From: Myxococcota bacterium
GTDB lineage: Bacteria; Myxococcota_A; Polyangia; Nannocystales; Nannocystaceae
DNA length: 64,000 nucleotides
Direction of reading: 5' to 3'
Assembly: GCA_039028615.1 (NCBI GenBank)
Contig: JBCCHT010000001.1
Coordinates: 694,084 to 758,083, forward strand
This document shows positions 1-10,935 of this stretch, one piece after another. The notes under the pieces are model-generated. The model was not told where the DNA came from. It worked only from the letters and a program-made list of their open reading frames with translations, and did no database searches. Every line of letters begins with the position of its first letter. Position 1 is the stretch's first letter. The translations under genes and the position numbers were made by a program.

Positions 1-284
1 TCGCAGGACTCACCAAAGTCGATCTGGCCGTTGCCGCAGCCCTCGGCCGTACCCGTGGTGTCGTCGGTTTCGGAGCTCGTGGAGCCATCGCCATCGCTCT
101 CGCCCGGCCCCGTGCTCGTGTCGGCGCCCTCGGCGGCTACCCCGGTGGAGCCGCCCGTCGTGCCCGAATCCTCGGGCTCGGCCCCACCTTCGACCGCCAG
201 ACACCCACCCCACGCCCACGACGCGACGACCGCGACGAGGGCACCCCGGGTGGCACCACGAACGAGTAAACAAGGATCAAACAC
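1..284 (-). CDS. Lipoprotein with Myxococcus-type Cys-rich repeat (3' end runs off the window)
   Basis: Manual translation from GTG 284: MFDPCLLVRGATRGALVAVVASWAWGGC (lipobox-like), then a Thr/Gly/Asp linker and GCGNGQIDFGESC. Not listed in the ORF track because it has no stop within the window. Confidence 0.7.
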   Translation of the reverse strand, partial: MFDPCLLVRGATRGALVAVVASWAWGGCLAVEGGAEPEDSGTTGGSTGVAAEGADTSTGPGESDGDGSTSSETDDTTGTAEGCGNGQIDFGESC

Positions 285-410
285 TATGTAGTGTTCATAG
301 TCGTTGCCGCCCGATTCTTCGACCGACAATTCGTGTCCTCGATTGGGCCGGCTTCAAAGCCGCCGAGCCGGCCGCCCCTATCCCCCGCGGCGAGGCTGGT
401 AGCCCGCACC

Positions 411-1583
411 TCAGGGCACGACGATACCGCCCGTGAACACGATGTCGTCGACCCAAACCGTGTCATCACCGTGCGCGATGATGCCGTCCTTGTCGTAGCG
501 CCACTCGAAGTTGTGTAGGCCAGCCGGGACCGGCATCACGTAGGTCTCGGCCTCGGTCAGCCCCGACCACTGCTCCTGGACCACGCCATCCATATAGAAG
601 AGCAGGAAGTCGTAGCCCCCTTCGGTGCTCTCGCGGTGGGTGAAGGAGATCTGCCCCTCGGACCCGAAGAGCCCGTCGATCGACATGAAGTTCACGTCGC
701 TGTCGTCCAGGTCGGTGGAGGTCGCGGAGTAGGTGCCCGCGATGGCGTTGGCCGACTCCACGACCCAAGGCAACGCGAGCGGCAGCGAGAAGAACTCGGG
801 AGGCAGCACGCCGCCCTCGAAATCCTGCACGTACTCGCCGCCCGTGCAGCCGCTGACGTCGGCGATGCAGCTGGCCACGTCGCACGCGAGCGCGCCTCCG
901 TCAAAGCCCATCGTCACGCAGGTCGCCCCGCCGAAGTCGGCTCCGTCGCAGGCCTCCTCGCCCTGCGCGACGCCGTCGCCACAGATCGAGCACCCGGACA
1001 GGTCGAAGGCGCAGTCGCTGCCACACGCGACCGTCCCGCCCTCGAAGCCCATCGACTCGCAGGTGACCGCGGCCGGGACCTCGCCCTCGCAGTCTTCGGC
1101 TTCGTCGACGACCCCGTTGCCACAAGTGAGGCAGCCCGCCACGTCGAAGCCGCCGCAGTCGGCACTGCAGCCCAGCTCGCCGCCCCCAAAACCCAGGGAC
1201 TCACAGGTCGCGCCGTCGAGGTCGGTCTGGTCGCAGACCTCGTCGCCCTCGACGATGGCATCCCCACACGAGGAGGCCATGCCCGTGCTCGCCTCGCCGC
1301 CCGAGTCCTCGGTCGCCGTGTCCATGCCCGTGCTCGCCTCCTCGCCCGTGCTCGTCCCCGGCTCGCCGCCGTCGCTACTGCCCTCCGAAGAGACCTCTTC
1401 CTCGCCCGCCGTGCTCCCGCCCGACGACTCGTCGTGCGCGTGGCCAGTCGTGCCGCTCGAGCTGGCCGCCTCCGACTCCCCGACATCGTCCGGGTCGGCA
1501 TCGCCGCATCCGACGGCCAGGGCCGGGGCAAGGGTGCACAGGGTCAACAGTCGAACGAAGGGTCGGAGAGTCGTCATCGCCAA
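411..1583 (-). CDS. Lipoprotein with three Cys-rich repeats and a C-terminal beta-sandwich domain
   Basis: LAVGC lipobox, S/T/G/E linker, repeats CGDAIVEGDEVCD / CGNGVVDEAEDCE / CGDGVAQGEEACD, C-terminal YDFLLFYMDG...WRYDKD...VWVDDI. Confidence 0.8.
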   Translation of the reverse strand: MAMTTLRPFVRLLTLCTLAPALAVGCGDADPDDVGESEAASSSGTTGHAHDESSGGSTAGEEEVSSEGSSDGGEPGTSTGEEASTGMDTATEDSGGEASTGMASSCGDAIVEGDEVCDQTDLDGATCESLGFGGGELGCSADCGGFDVAGCLTCGNGVVDEAEDCEGEVPAAVTCESMGFEGGTVACGSDCAFDLSGCSICGDGVAQGEEACDGADFGGATCVTMGFDGGALACDVASCIADVSGCTGGEYVQDFEGGVLPPEFFSLPLALPWVVESANAIAGTYSATSTDLDDSDVNFMSIDGLFGSEGQISFTHRESTEGGYDFLLFYMDGVVQEQWSGLTEAETYVMPVPAGLHNFEWRYDKDGIIAHGDDTVWVDDIVFTGGIVVP

Positions 1584-1700
1584 GCTCGCCTCGGTGGGCT
1601 CGGCGTGATGGACCGACCGATCCGATTTTCGATCACGGCTCGGCTGTTTTTTCTGGGAAACCGGCCTCAGCGGGTTTCCTGGCGGTTCGACGCCCCTGGC

Positions 1701-3629
1701 TCACAGCCGCGTCAGGTACGGGTAGGACTGCAGCAGCCCCAGCGTCCACTGCTGGCCCAGCGAGGTCTCCCGCTCGAGGTGTCGCTGGCGGAAGTCGTGC
1801 CGCAGCCCGTCGATGTCGAAGTCCATCGCCAGCAGCGAGTCCTCGTTGGTCGCCCCCATCTTCACGTCGAGCACGAGGTCGTCATTCAGCGTGATCGGCA
1901 CCACGCCCGCGATCTCGAGCGACGGCTCGTCGGGCCCCCGCACCACCACGTCGTGGATGCGCGAGAACAGGTTGTGCTGATTGGCGAGGCTGTCCTGGTA
2001 GGCCCCCGTCATGAAGAAGCCCAGGTAGTACTTCTCCTTCGAGTCCTTGCGCTCGTGCAGCGGCAAGAAGCGCATGTTGTCGTCGGGGTGGGCAAAGCTC
2101 GTCACGCAGCCGTCGCTGTCGCAGGTAATGTCGACGATCTCGGTGTTGAGCGTGGGTCGCTCGCCGTGCCTCGACAGCGGCGCGGCCGGGAACACCTGGT
2201 CCACACTCCACGCGTCGGGCAACGACTGGAAAATGGAAAAGTTCGCCAGGTACTTGCGCTGCGCCTTGCCCAGGTACGCGGCGATCTCCTCGGACGGTCG
2301 CTTGAGCCCGTCGATGATGAGGGTGACCTTGCTGCGAACCTCCAAGAACAAGGCTTCCGCCGCGGCCCGGTCCTCGAGGGAGAGATAACCGCTGGAGAAC
2401 AGCTCCAGGGCCTCGTCGCGAAAGTCGACCGCGTCGTGGAAGTACTCCTCGTAGTTCTTCGCGGACAAAAGCTCCAGCGTCTCGCGCAGCGACGCGATGA
2501 TTCGATGCTCGGCCTCGCGGGGCTCGGACTGCGGCGGCAAGGGCAACGACCCCTGCACCTCTCGCAGATCGGTGATCGTCACCGCGTGTCGAGCCACCAT
2601 CGCTCGGCCGCTCTCGGTCACCAGGGTCGGCGCGGTGGCCCCCGTCTCCTCCACCACCTCACCCACCTCGAACACGGCCTGGCTGGCGTACTCCTCGACG
2701 CTGTAGTTCGCCGAAGACGGGTACGACGACCGGCTGCCGTCGTAGTCCACGCCCAGGCCACCCCCGATGTCGAGGTAGCGCATGGTGGGCGCGTACGACA
2801 GCTGCAGCGCGCTATAAAGCCGCGCCGCCTCGCGGATGGCCTGCTTGATCTGCTTGATGCGGGTGATCTGCGAGCCGATATGGAAGTGCAGCAAGACCAG
2901 GCGCTCGAGCTGATCGGCGGCCTCGAGCGTGTGCACCACGTCGAGGATCTCGGTGGTGGTCAGGCCGAACTTGGAGGTCTCTCCGCCGGAGCTCTGCCAG
3001 CGGCCGCTGCCCCGCGCGTAGAGCTTGGCGCGAACGCCCAGGTCCGGGGTCGCCTTCCACTCTTGCTCCTGGCCCACCTGGATGAAGCGCACCACCTCGC
3101 GGATCGACTCGATGATCACGATGACCCGATGCCCGAGCTCGGCCGCGTGATAGGCCATGCGCATGAACTCGCGGTCCTTGTAGCCGTTGACCAGGAGCGG
3201 CGCGTCCTCGGTGGGCGGCTGCGCCATGGCCAGGAGCATCTCGGGCTTGCTCCCCGCCTCGAGGCCGAAGCCGACCTCGCGGGCCTGGGTCACCGCGTCG
3301 ATCACCACCTTGCGCTGGTTGACCTTGATGGGCAGCACCCCGCGGTAGCCCCCGCTGTAGCCGTTCTCGGTGATCGCCTTGTGGAAGGCCCGAGTCAGCC
3401 GCTGCATCTGCCCCTTCACCACGGTGGGGAAGCGGACGATGAACGGGGTTCGAATGCCGCGCCCCTCGAGGTGCTCGGCGAGCTGGTGCAGGTCCACGGG
3501 GGCGAGCCCGGGTGCACGAAACACCAGGTGCCCCTGGTCGTTGACGGACAAGAACTCCTCGCCCCAGCGATCGACGCCGTAGCGCTTGAGCGAGACCTCC
3601 ATCGCGTAGGGAGCGGGCACGCCAGCCAT
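1701..3629 (-). CDS. speA: Biosynthetic arginine decarboxylase
   Basis: PIKVNQ (PLP lysine), [42 protein letters not shown] motifs; start trimmed to ATG 3629. Confidence 0.93.
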   Translation of the reverse strand: MAGVPAPYAMEVSLKRYGVDRWGEEFLSVNDQGHLVFRAPGLAPVDLHQLAEHLEGRGIRTPFIVRFPTVVKGQMQRLTRAFHKAITENGYSGGYRGVLPIKVNQRKVVIDAVTQAREVGFGLEAGSKPEMLLAMAQPPTEDAPLLVNGYKDREFMRMAYHAAELGHRVIVIIESIREVVRFIQVGQEQEWKATPDLGVRAKLYARGSGRWQSSGGETSKFGLTTTEILDVVHTLEAADQLERLVLLHFHIGSQITRIKQIKQAIREAARLYSALQLSYAPTMRYLDIGGGLGVDYDGSRSSYPSSANYSVEEYASQAVFEVGEVVEETGATAPTLVTESGRAMVARHAVTITDLREVQGSLPLPPQSEPREAEHRIIASLRETLELLSAKNYEEYFHDAVDFRDEALELFSSGYLSLEDRAAAEALFLEVRSKVTLIIDGLKRPSEEIAAYLGKAQRKYLANFSIFQSLPDAWSVDQVFPAAPLSRHGERPTLNTEIVDITCDSDGCVTSFAHPDDNMRFLPLHERKDSKEKYYLGFFMTGAYQDSLANQHNLFSRIHDVVVRGPDEPSLEIAGVVPITLNDDLVLDVKMGATNEDSLLAMDFDIDGLRHDFRQRHLERETSLGQQWTLGLLQSYPYLTRL

Positions 3630-3829
3630 CCCCGCCAGGGTGGCCGCGGTCGTTGCCGGGGCGCAAGACCCGGGGCTCCCCCCTTCGCCAGAGGCATCCC
3701 GCGGGGCCCCACGGGTCCAAAGAGCCCGCCCGGGGGGCGGCCCGCTCCCGGTCGGCGAGCCCCGCGAGCCCCTGCTATGCTCCGGCCCCTCCCGCCCCCT
3801 GGGCGGCCCCAAGCAAGCGAGCAAGAGCC

Positions 3830-5512
<1,683 letters not shown>

Positions 5513-5640
5513 CACACACCGCGCACTCGAGGCGGCGGGCCCACGACGACCATCGTCGTGGGCTCGACTCGTTTGTGGGTGAACGCAATGCCACGTGGGC
5601 ACTCGAAGCTCGGCTCGTCGGCCTGCGATGGCATTCGGCC

Positions 5641-5672
5641 GCAGGACGCAGGACGCAGGACGCAGGACGCAG
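5641..5672 (+). repeat. Tandem heptamer repeat (GCAGGAC)x4 plus partial copy
   Basis: gcaggacgcaggacgcaggacgcaggacgcag read directly; intergenic downstream of ettA. Confidence 0.9.
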
Positions 5673-5794
5673 CGTCACGCTCTGGAAAACGGCCCGAACG
5701 TGCCGTTTCTTTTCATGAGAAAGAGACGGTCCAAATTCGGTCTCCGACTGCCTATAGAGAGGCGAACTGGCAGCATCTGGCCGCCCCCCACCTC

Positions 5795-6709
5795 ATGCTT
5801 TCACGATCTTCAGCCCTTCTCGTCCTTCTGCTCGTGTTCGGCACCTCCTCCCTCGCCCAGGCGATGGAGCCCGCGGAGGCGCAACCCGGTGCCACCGCGC
5901 CCAGCAACGACCGCGGGGCCTCGCCGTCACCGGACGATGACGGAACGGCCGCCGAGCCTGCGCCCACCCCCGACGAATCGTCGCCGTCCCCAGACCGGAC
6001 GCCCGACGAGTCGTCCGCACCGACGGAGGAGCCCGCGGAGGACATCGCCGAGCCTCCTGCCCCTCGCGTCTACGACTACGACTCGCCCGATCTCGAACGT
6101 CGAGGCCGGTCTTCCGCTGCCCCCACCGCGACCGACGCACAGGACCCGCTCCAACTTCGCCGGGCTCGGCTCGGCGGCATCCTCGTCGGCGTCGGGCTCA
6201 CCGCCGCCGTCGTGGCCCCGGTCGTCGTGGTCCGCCCTCGTCCCGCCATCGCCGTCGACACGGGTGATGGCACCTCGCTCGCGCTCTCGGCCGATGGCGG
6301 CCCGCTGATCGCGGGGGGTGTCGTCAGCGTCGTCGGTGGGGTCACCACCATCGTCGGCGGGCGCATGCTCTCCGACCTCGGGGGCGACCCACGCCATGCG
6401 CCGCGTCGCCAACGCGCGCTGGGCATCGCATCCGGGGTCAGCTTCGGGGTCGCCAGCGGCCTATTCGTGGCCGGCGTGGTCGACATGGCCCGGGGCGGCG
6501 TGCTGTGGAACAACGTGCTCGAGCGCGAGTTCTCCCCGGAGAACGTCGTCGACGGCGAAGAGGCCGGCCGCCGTATCACCCGAGGCATCGCCATGCTCTC
6601 CGCCGCCCTCCCCATGGCCGGACTCGGCCTCGGCCTGAGCCTGGGCGACGATGCTCGGGCCCGCGTCGTCCCCAGCGGAGCCGGAGTCGCAGTCGTCGGG
6701 CAGTTCTAG
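5795..6709 (+). CDS. Hypothetical exported/membrane protein
   Basis: Signal peptide MLSRSSALLVLLLVFGTSSLAQA, Pro/Asp-rich linker, several Gly-rich hydrophobic segments, C-terminal GVAVVGQF. Confidence 0.7.
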   Translation: MLSRSSALLVLLLVFGTSSLAQAMEPAEAQPGATAPSNDRGASPSPDDDGTAAEPAPTPDESSPSPDRTPDESSAPTEEPAEDIAEPPAPRVYDYDSPDLERRGRSSAAPTATDAQDPLQLRRARLGGILVGVGLTAAVVAPVVVVRPRPAIAVDTGDGTSLALSADGGPLIAGGVVSVVGGVTTIVGGRMLSDLGGDPRHAPRRQRALGIASGVSFGVASGLFVAGVVDMARGGVLWNNVLEREFSPENVVDGEEAGRRITRGIAMLSAALPMAGLGLGLSLGDDARARVVPSGAGVAVVGQF

Positions 6710-6748
6710 GGGTCGATCGACCGGGGCCAAGTCCTCGCGGCCTCGCCC

Positions 6749-7210
6749 CTACCAGCTCGAGTGCGAGTGCGAGTGCGAGTGGTCCTCGTCGTCGTCCTCG
6801 GGCGCGCGGCAGTCCTCGAAACTCACGACCCCCTCGACATGCCAGCCGCGTGGCGTGGTGCAGTCCATCTCGAAGCTGCCCTGCATCTTGCCGTTGTCGG
6901 TGGTCGAGTTGAACTTGCGCAGCAGGTCGCCGTCGAGGAACTCGCAGTCGTCTCGGTCCAGATCGAAGGCCCCCACGCCGGGCGAGAAGAACAGCACCGC
7001 GGGCGCGTCGTCCCGACGGTAGAAGTTCATGATCTGGTGCGCGTCGTCGGACAGCTCGACCCCGAAGAACCCGCGGTCGTTGCCGTCGGTGCACTGGGTC
7101 GGCACGAACTTCAGCGTGGCTCCGCGATCGGTCGACAGCGAGACGTGCCCCGACACCGGATCGGAGCATGCCAACAGACCCACCAGAGGAACGAGACCCA
7201 GCCAACGCAT
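6749..7210 (-). CDS. Small lipoprotein with acidic/His-Ser tail
   Basis: LLAC lipobox; ends DDDEDHSHSHSHSSW. Confidence 0.7.
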   Translation of the reverse strand: MRWLGLVPLVGLLACSDPVSGHVSLSTDRGATLKFVPTQCTDGNDRGFFGVELSDDAHQIMNFYRRDDAPAVLFFSPGVGAFDLDRDDCEFLDGDLLRKFNSTTDNGKMQGSFEMDCTTPRGWHVEGVVSFEDCRAPEDDDEDHSHSHSHSSW

Positions 7211-7469
7211 GCCCCCTCACGATACAGGGCTCCGCCAGCGCGAACGAGCGACACGGGTGGACAATTTCCGGCCGGAGCCCGCCTCGGCGTCACGCGCGAC
7301 GCTCTGGAGACAATCGGGTGCCGAGGCGTCGAAGTGGCCGTGATCGCTCGAATCGGCCGCCATCGGCATCGTCGATGGAAGCGTCGTGCGAGTGCAGCGG
7401 CTGCTCGCCGCCGCCCTCGATGTCCCGCAGCCAACGAGCTGAACGCGCCCGAGTGACGATCACCGCCGC

Positions 7470-8642
7470 TCAGCGACGGCGACGACGCAGGCCGAGCAGG
7501 CCGAGCAGCAGCGCCGCGCCGAACCACGGGGGGGCGCCCGTCGAGCAGCCGCAGCCCCCTCCGTCTCCGCCGTCGGCCGCCCCACCGTCGCCCTCGGTCG
7601 TCGCCTCTCCCGAAGAGCCGGTCTGCGCACCACTGGAGGTGCCGGGGCTTCCCGAAGTCGTCCCCGGCATGGTGTCGGACGTGCCGCCGTCGGCGGCGCC
7701 CGTCGTGCCGTCTCCGTCTCCGCTGGCTTCGTCGTCGTTGCCGTCGCCGCTCCCCTCGTCACCCGTGCTCTCGCCATCGCCCTCGTTCAGGCACGAGGCG
7801 GAGCACCCATCGTCGTCGTCGTCGTTGCCGTCGTCGCACTCTTCGCCCGACTCGAGGATCGTGTTGCCACACTCGCCGTCGGCCCACTCGATGATGTTCT
7901 GCGCGAGCGCCAGGTTGTCGAGGTCGTTGATGTACGTGCTGGTGAACGCGTTGTGGTCGGAGACGACGAGGATCCGCCCCCCTTCCGCGAAGCCGGTCGA
8001 GGGCTCGAACACCACGATGAACACGTCCTCGAGTCCCTCACCCGCCGCCAGGATCTCGCCCTCCGAGGGGTAGGTGAAGTTGACCGTGCCGTCGAGCTGG
8101 ACCGCCGTGATCCCGTCCATGATGGGATGCGCGGTCACGGGGGAGCCGGTGTTGAAGCCGAGCGAGTACACGAAGTTGGCGACGCCCCAGCCCGAGAGCC
8201 AGCTGTCGTAGACCCCCTCGAAGGGGCCCTCGAAGCCGTTGCTGTCGGGGTGGATGACGAGCGTGCCGCCGTCGGCGATGAAGCCCGCCAGCGCGGTCGC
8301 TTCGTCCTCCGACAGGGTGCCCAGCGCCCCCGCGGTGGGGCCGGTGCCATCGCTGAGCATGGCCGTGTAGAAGATGTCCACGCCGGCGAGATACTCGGGG
8401 GTCAGCTCGTCGGTGGCATCGGCCAGCTCGTCACCGTTGTCCTCGATGAGCCCGCGGAGCTCGCTGTGGTTGGTGCCGTACAGCGTGCCCGTCTGGTAGG
8501 CCATGCGGGAGGTATCGAAGCTGCCCCAGCTCGCCGCCTGAGCAACGGTGGCGGGCGTGGCGAGGGCCAGGAGCAAACCCAGCCCACCCGCGACGCGGGG
8601 CGAGGAGACAGCGGTGAACATCGGCAGTAGTCGAGTCTTCAT
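7470..8642 (-). CDS. MYXO-CTERM sorting-domain protein with GATase1/DUF4350-like domain and Cys-rich repeat
   Basis: Signal peptide; FIADGGTLVI and GRILVVSD; CGNTILESGEECDDGN...GCSASC; C-terminal GCGCSTGAPPWFGAALLLGLLGLRRRRR. Confidence 0.85.
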   Translation of the reverse strand: MKTRLLPMFTAVSSPRVAGGLGLLLALATPATVAQAASWGSFDTSRMAYQTGTLYGTNHSELRGLIEDNGDELADATDELTPEYLAGVDIFYTAMLSDGTGPTAGALGTLSEDEATALAGFIADGGTLVIHPDSNGFEGPFEGVYDSWLSGWGVANFVYSLGFNTGSPVTAHPIMDGITAVQLDGTVNFTYPSEGEILAAGEGLEDVFIVVFEPSTGFAEGGRILVVSDHNAFTSTYINDLDNLALAQNIIEWADGECGNTILESGEECDDGNDDDDDGCSASCLNEGDGESTGDEGSGDGNDDEASGDGDGTTGAADGGTSDTMPGTTSGSPGTSSGAQTGSSGEATTEGDGGAADGGDGGGCGCSTGAPPWFGAALLLGLLGLRRRRR

Positions 8643-8680
8643 GGGAGTTATGGGCTCACCCTAGCTCCGCTCTCCGGTCG

Positions 8681-9478
8681 ATGCGAACGCCATTTGCTAG
8701 AGTGCTCGCAGTGCTCAAGAAGCTCGCGATCGCGCTGTTGCTGCTCGTGCTCGTGGTCGCAGGCGTCCTGGGCTGGCTGTGGCATCGGGCCACCGAGCTG
8801 CCCGAGTGGTACACCGAGCAGTCGCTCGAGGAGTACGCGGGGCAGCCCGTGCGTGAAGACGGCACGGTCGCGCCTCCGCAGTGGATCGCCCTCGACGAGC
8901 AGGGTCAACGTCTGCCCCAGGCCGAGCCCGAACTCGCACCGTCGGCGGCCCCACCTCCGGTCGACGCCCAGGCCGAAGGCGCTCCCGCGACCGCCCAACC
9001 GTCCCCGCGCAAGCGCCGACGCGCGGAGCCCAACCCGGCCGCCAAGCGCCACGAACTCCGCGGCTTCCACGTGCGACGGGGCAAGGACGGCAGGCCGCGC
9101 TCCAGCCCGGCCATCAAGGCCTCGCGGGCCTCCTACGAGTCGAGGCGACTCGAGATCGGGGTCATCCTCGACCTGTCTCGCCTCCCCCGCGACAAGCTGA
9201 AGAAGCGCGATCGCATCCGCTACCAGCGAGCGGTCGACAACTTCCCCGGCATCACCGATCGCGACGTCTGGGTCGGGGTCGAAGACGAGCCGATCAGCGT
9301 CGGCGGCTACCTCCAGCTCAGCCCCGAAGCCGAGGTTCGCATCGGCAGCCTGACCTACTCGCTGGCGAGCGCGGCAGAGCGCATGGGCATGTCGTCGATG
9401 GAGCTGCGCCTGGAGCTCAACCGCGAGCTTCGTCGGCTGGGCTTCGTGGACCCCGAGGGGCGCTCCTCGGCCGACTGA
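8681..9478 (+). CDS. Hypothetical protein with N-terminal membrane anchor
   Basis: LAIALLLLVLVVAGVLGWLW segment; GC3-rich codons; fills the gap between neighbours. Confidence 0.7.
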   Translation: MRTPFARVLAVLKKLAIALLLLVLVVAGVLGWLWHRATELPEWYTEQSLEEYAGQPVREDGTVAPPQWIALDEQGQRLPQAEPELAPSAAPPPVDAQAEGAPATAQPSPRKRRRAEPNPAAKRHELRGFHVRRGKDGRPRSSPAIKASRASYESRRLEIGVILDLSRLPRDKLKKRDRIRYQRAVDNFPGITDRDVWVGVEDEPISVGGYLQLSPEAEVRIGSLTYSLASAAERMGMSSMELRLELNRELRRLGFVDPEGRSSAD

Positions 9479-9488
9479 CGATTGGCGC

Positions 9489-10196
9489 CTATCGCTTGGG
9501 CCGACGCCGAACCTTACGGAGCGTCCCGTCCGCGACCATCTCGTCGCGTCGCTGCGCCATGATCGCTTGCTCCTCGTCCACGAAGAAGCGCTCCGACCAA
9601 GGCGGGTTGCGGTGCGGAGACTTGTTCATGATGCTCTTGCGGTAGCCCGAGTGCGGCAGCCCGAAGAAGTGCCCCGCTTCATGGGCGAGCACCAGCGAAG
9701 AAGCGATGGACGACAGGATGATCCATCGTTTCGAGGTCTCGGCGCGGTCACGCCAGTGCACGCCGCGAATGACCTCGCCCTCGACGTCCACGTCGGCCAG
9801 GCGCCGCACCACGAACACGTGGATGACGCCCAGCGAGTGCTCCTTGCGACCGATCTGGTCGCGATCCAGGCGGGTCTGCATGTCGGCAAAGCGGGCATCG
9901 GCGGGGACGACCGAGCCCACGCGAAAGCCCACCCCGATGGGCGCAAACAGGCGGTTGGCCTCGCGCACCTGAGCCGCGAACCACTGCGAAGTCTGCACGG
10001 CTTCGCCGTCTTCTTCGACTACGTGCACGGCGAGCTTGAAGCAGTGCCGAACCTTGCGCGGGCACACGGGCGAGCCGGTCACGAACGCCTGCAGGCCCAG
10101 CTGCTCGTGGACCTTGGCCATGTGCACCGCCCCCATGGCGCCCACCGTGGGTCCGCCCGCCCACAGACTCGAAGACAACAAGATCGCGCTGAGCAT
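9489..10196 (-). CDS. Metzincin-type zinc metalloprotease
   Basis: HEAGHFFGLPH zinc motif followed by SIM Met-turn. Confidence 0.85.
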   Translation of the reverse strand: MLSAILLSSSLWAGGPTVGAMGAVHMAKVHEQLGLQAFVTGSPVCPRKVRHCFKLAVHVVEEDGEAVQTSQWFAAQVREANRLFAPIGVGFRVGSVVPADARFADMQTRLDRDQIGRKEHSLGVIHVFVVRRLADVDVEGEVIRGVHWRDRAETSKRWIILSSIASSLVLAHEAGHFFGLPHSGYRKSIMNKSPHRNPPWSERFFVDEEQAIMAQRRDEMVADGTLRKVRRRPKR

Positions 10197-10241
10197 GGTG
10201 ACCCGAGGCGCCCACCTTAGCAGGCCCCCGGGCGGCTCGGT

Positions 10242-10796
10242 TCAGATCGGCGCGCCGCGATACATCACATCGGTCCGCAGCACGTACTTGGTGCCCTGCT
10301 CCACCTGCTGGCCGCAGTGGCGCAGCCGATGCTCGAACACCAGCGCCATGCCCTTGCGCGGCACGACCGGTTCGATGTGTCCGAAATCGGTGTCCCCTCC
10401 GGTAAACCCGTCGTTGAGGTAGACCATCAAGGTCAGCAGGCTGCGCTCGCGATTGTTGCGGCGGTACGCACCATCACGATGCCAGCGAAAGTACTGACCC
10501 GCCTGGTAGCGATAGTAGCGGAAGCGTTCGTTGAGCCCGACCACGTGGTGGTCCCAGTACTCGCGGGGGATCCACGGCTGCACTCGCTCCCAGAGCCACT
10601 TCGCTCGCTTGCGATCGTCGAGCATGACCCGCGTGTTGTTGCGGATCTCGGGGCGATGCTCGAACCCGGTCAGGGTGGTGATGGGCGCGGTGAGAAACCC
10701 GAACGTCTCCGTCTCGTGCACGAGGGCATCGCACTCGGCCGCACTGAGCACGCCGTCGACGGTGAAGACTCCATGGCCCCGATCTCGAGTTTCCAT
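10242..10796 (-). CDS. 2OG-Fe(II) oxygenase (prolyl-4-hydroxylase-like)
   Basis: GLNERFRYYRY, WHRD (HxD), YLNDGFTGGDT, HCG, KYVLRTDVMY; start trimmed to ATG 10796. Confidence 0.9.
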   Translation of the reverse strand: METRDRGHGVFTVDGVLSAAECDALVHETETFGFLTAPITTLTGFEHRPEIRNNTRVMLDDRKRAKWLWERVQPWIPREYWDHHVVGLNERFRYYRYQAGQYFRWHRDGAYRRNNRERSLLTLMVYLNDGFTGGDTDFGHIEPVVPRKGMALVFEHRLRHCGQQVEQGTKYVLRTDVMYRGAPI

Positions 10797-10935
10797 CGTC
10801 TCAGGGTGCGCCGCGACACCCGGCCGCGACAGGGCGGCAACCGGGCAAAACCGGGCATGAACTCGAATTCGGCCCCGTATCGGGGGTTCTGCGGCCGACG
10901 GCTTTGGTACACACTGATCGGTAGCGCCTCGCCCC

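Noticed and set aside
1277..1340. 19-bp direct repeat ccatgcccgtgctcgcctc as a CRISPR-like array
   Set aside because: Only two full copies, in frame within a coding linker (EASTGM); no cas genes.
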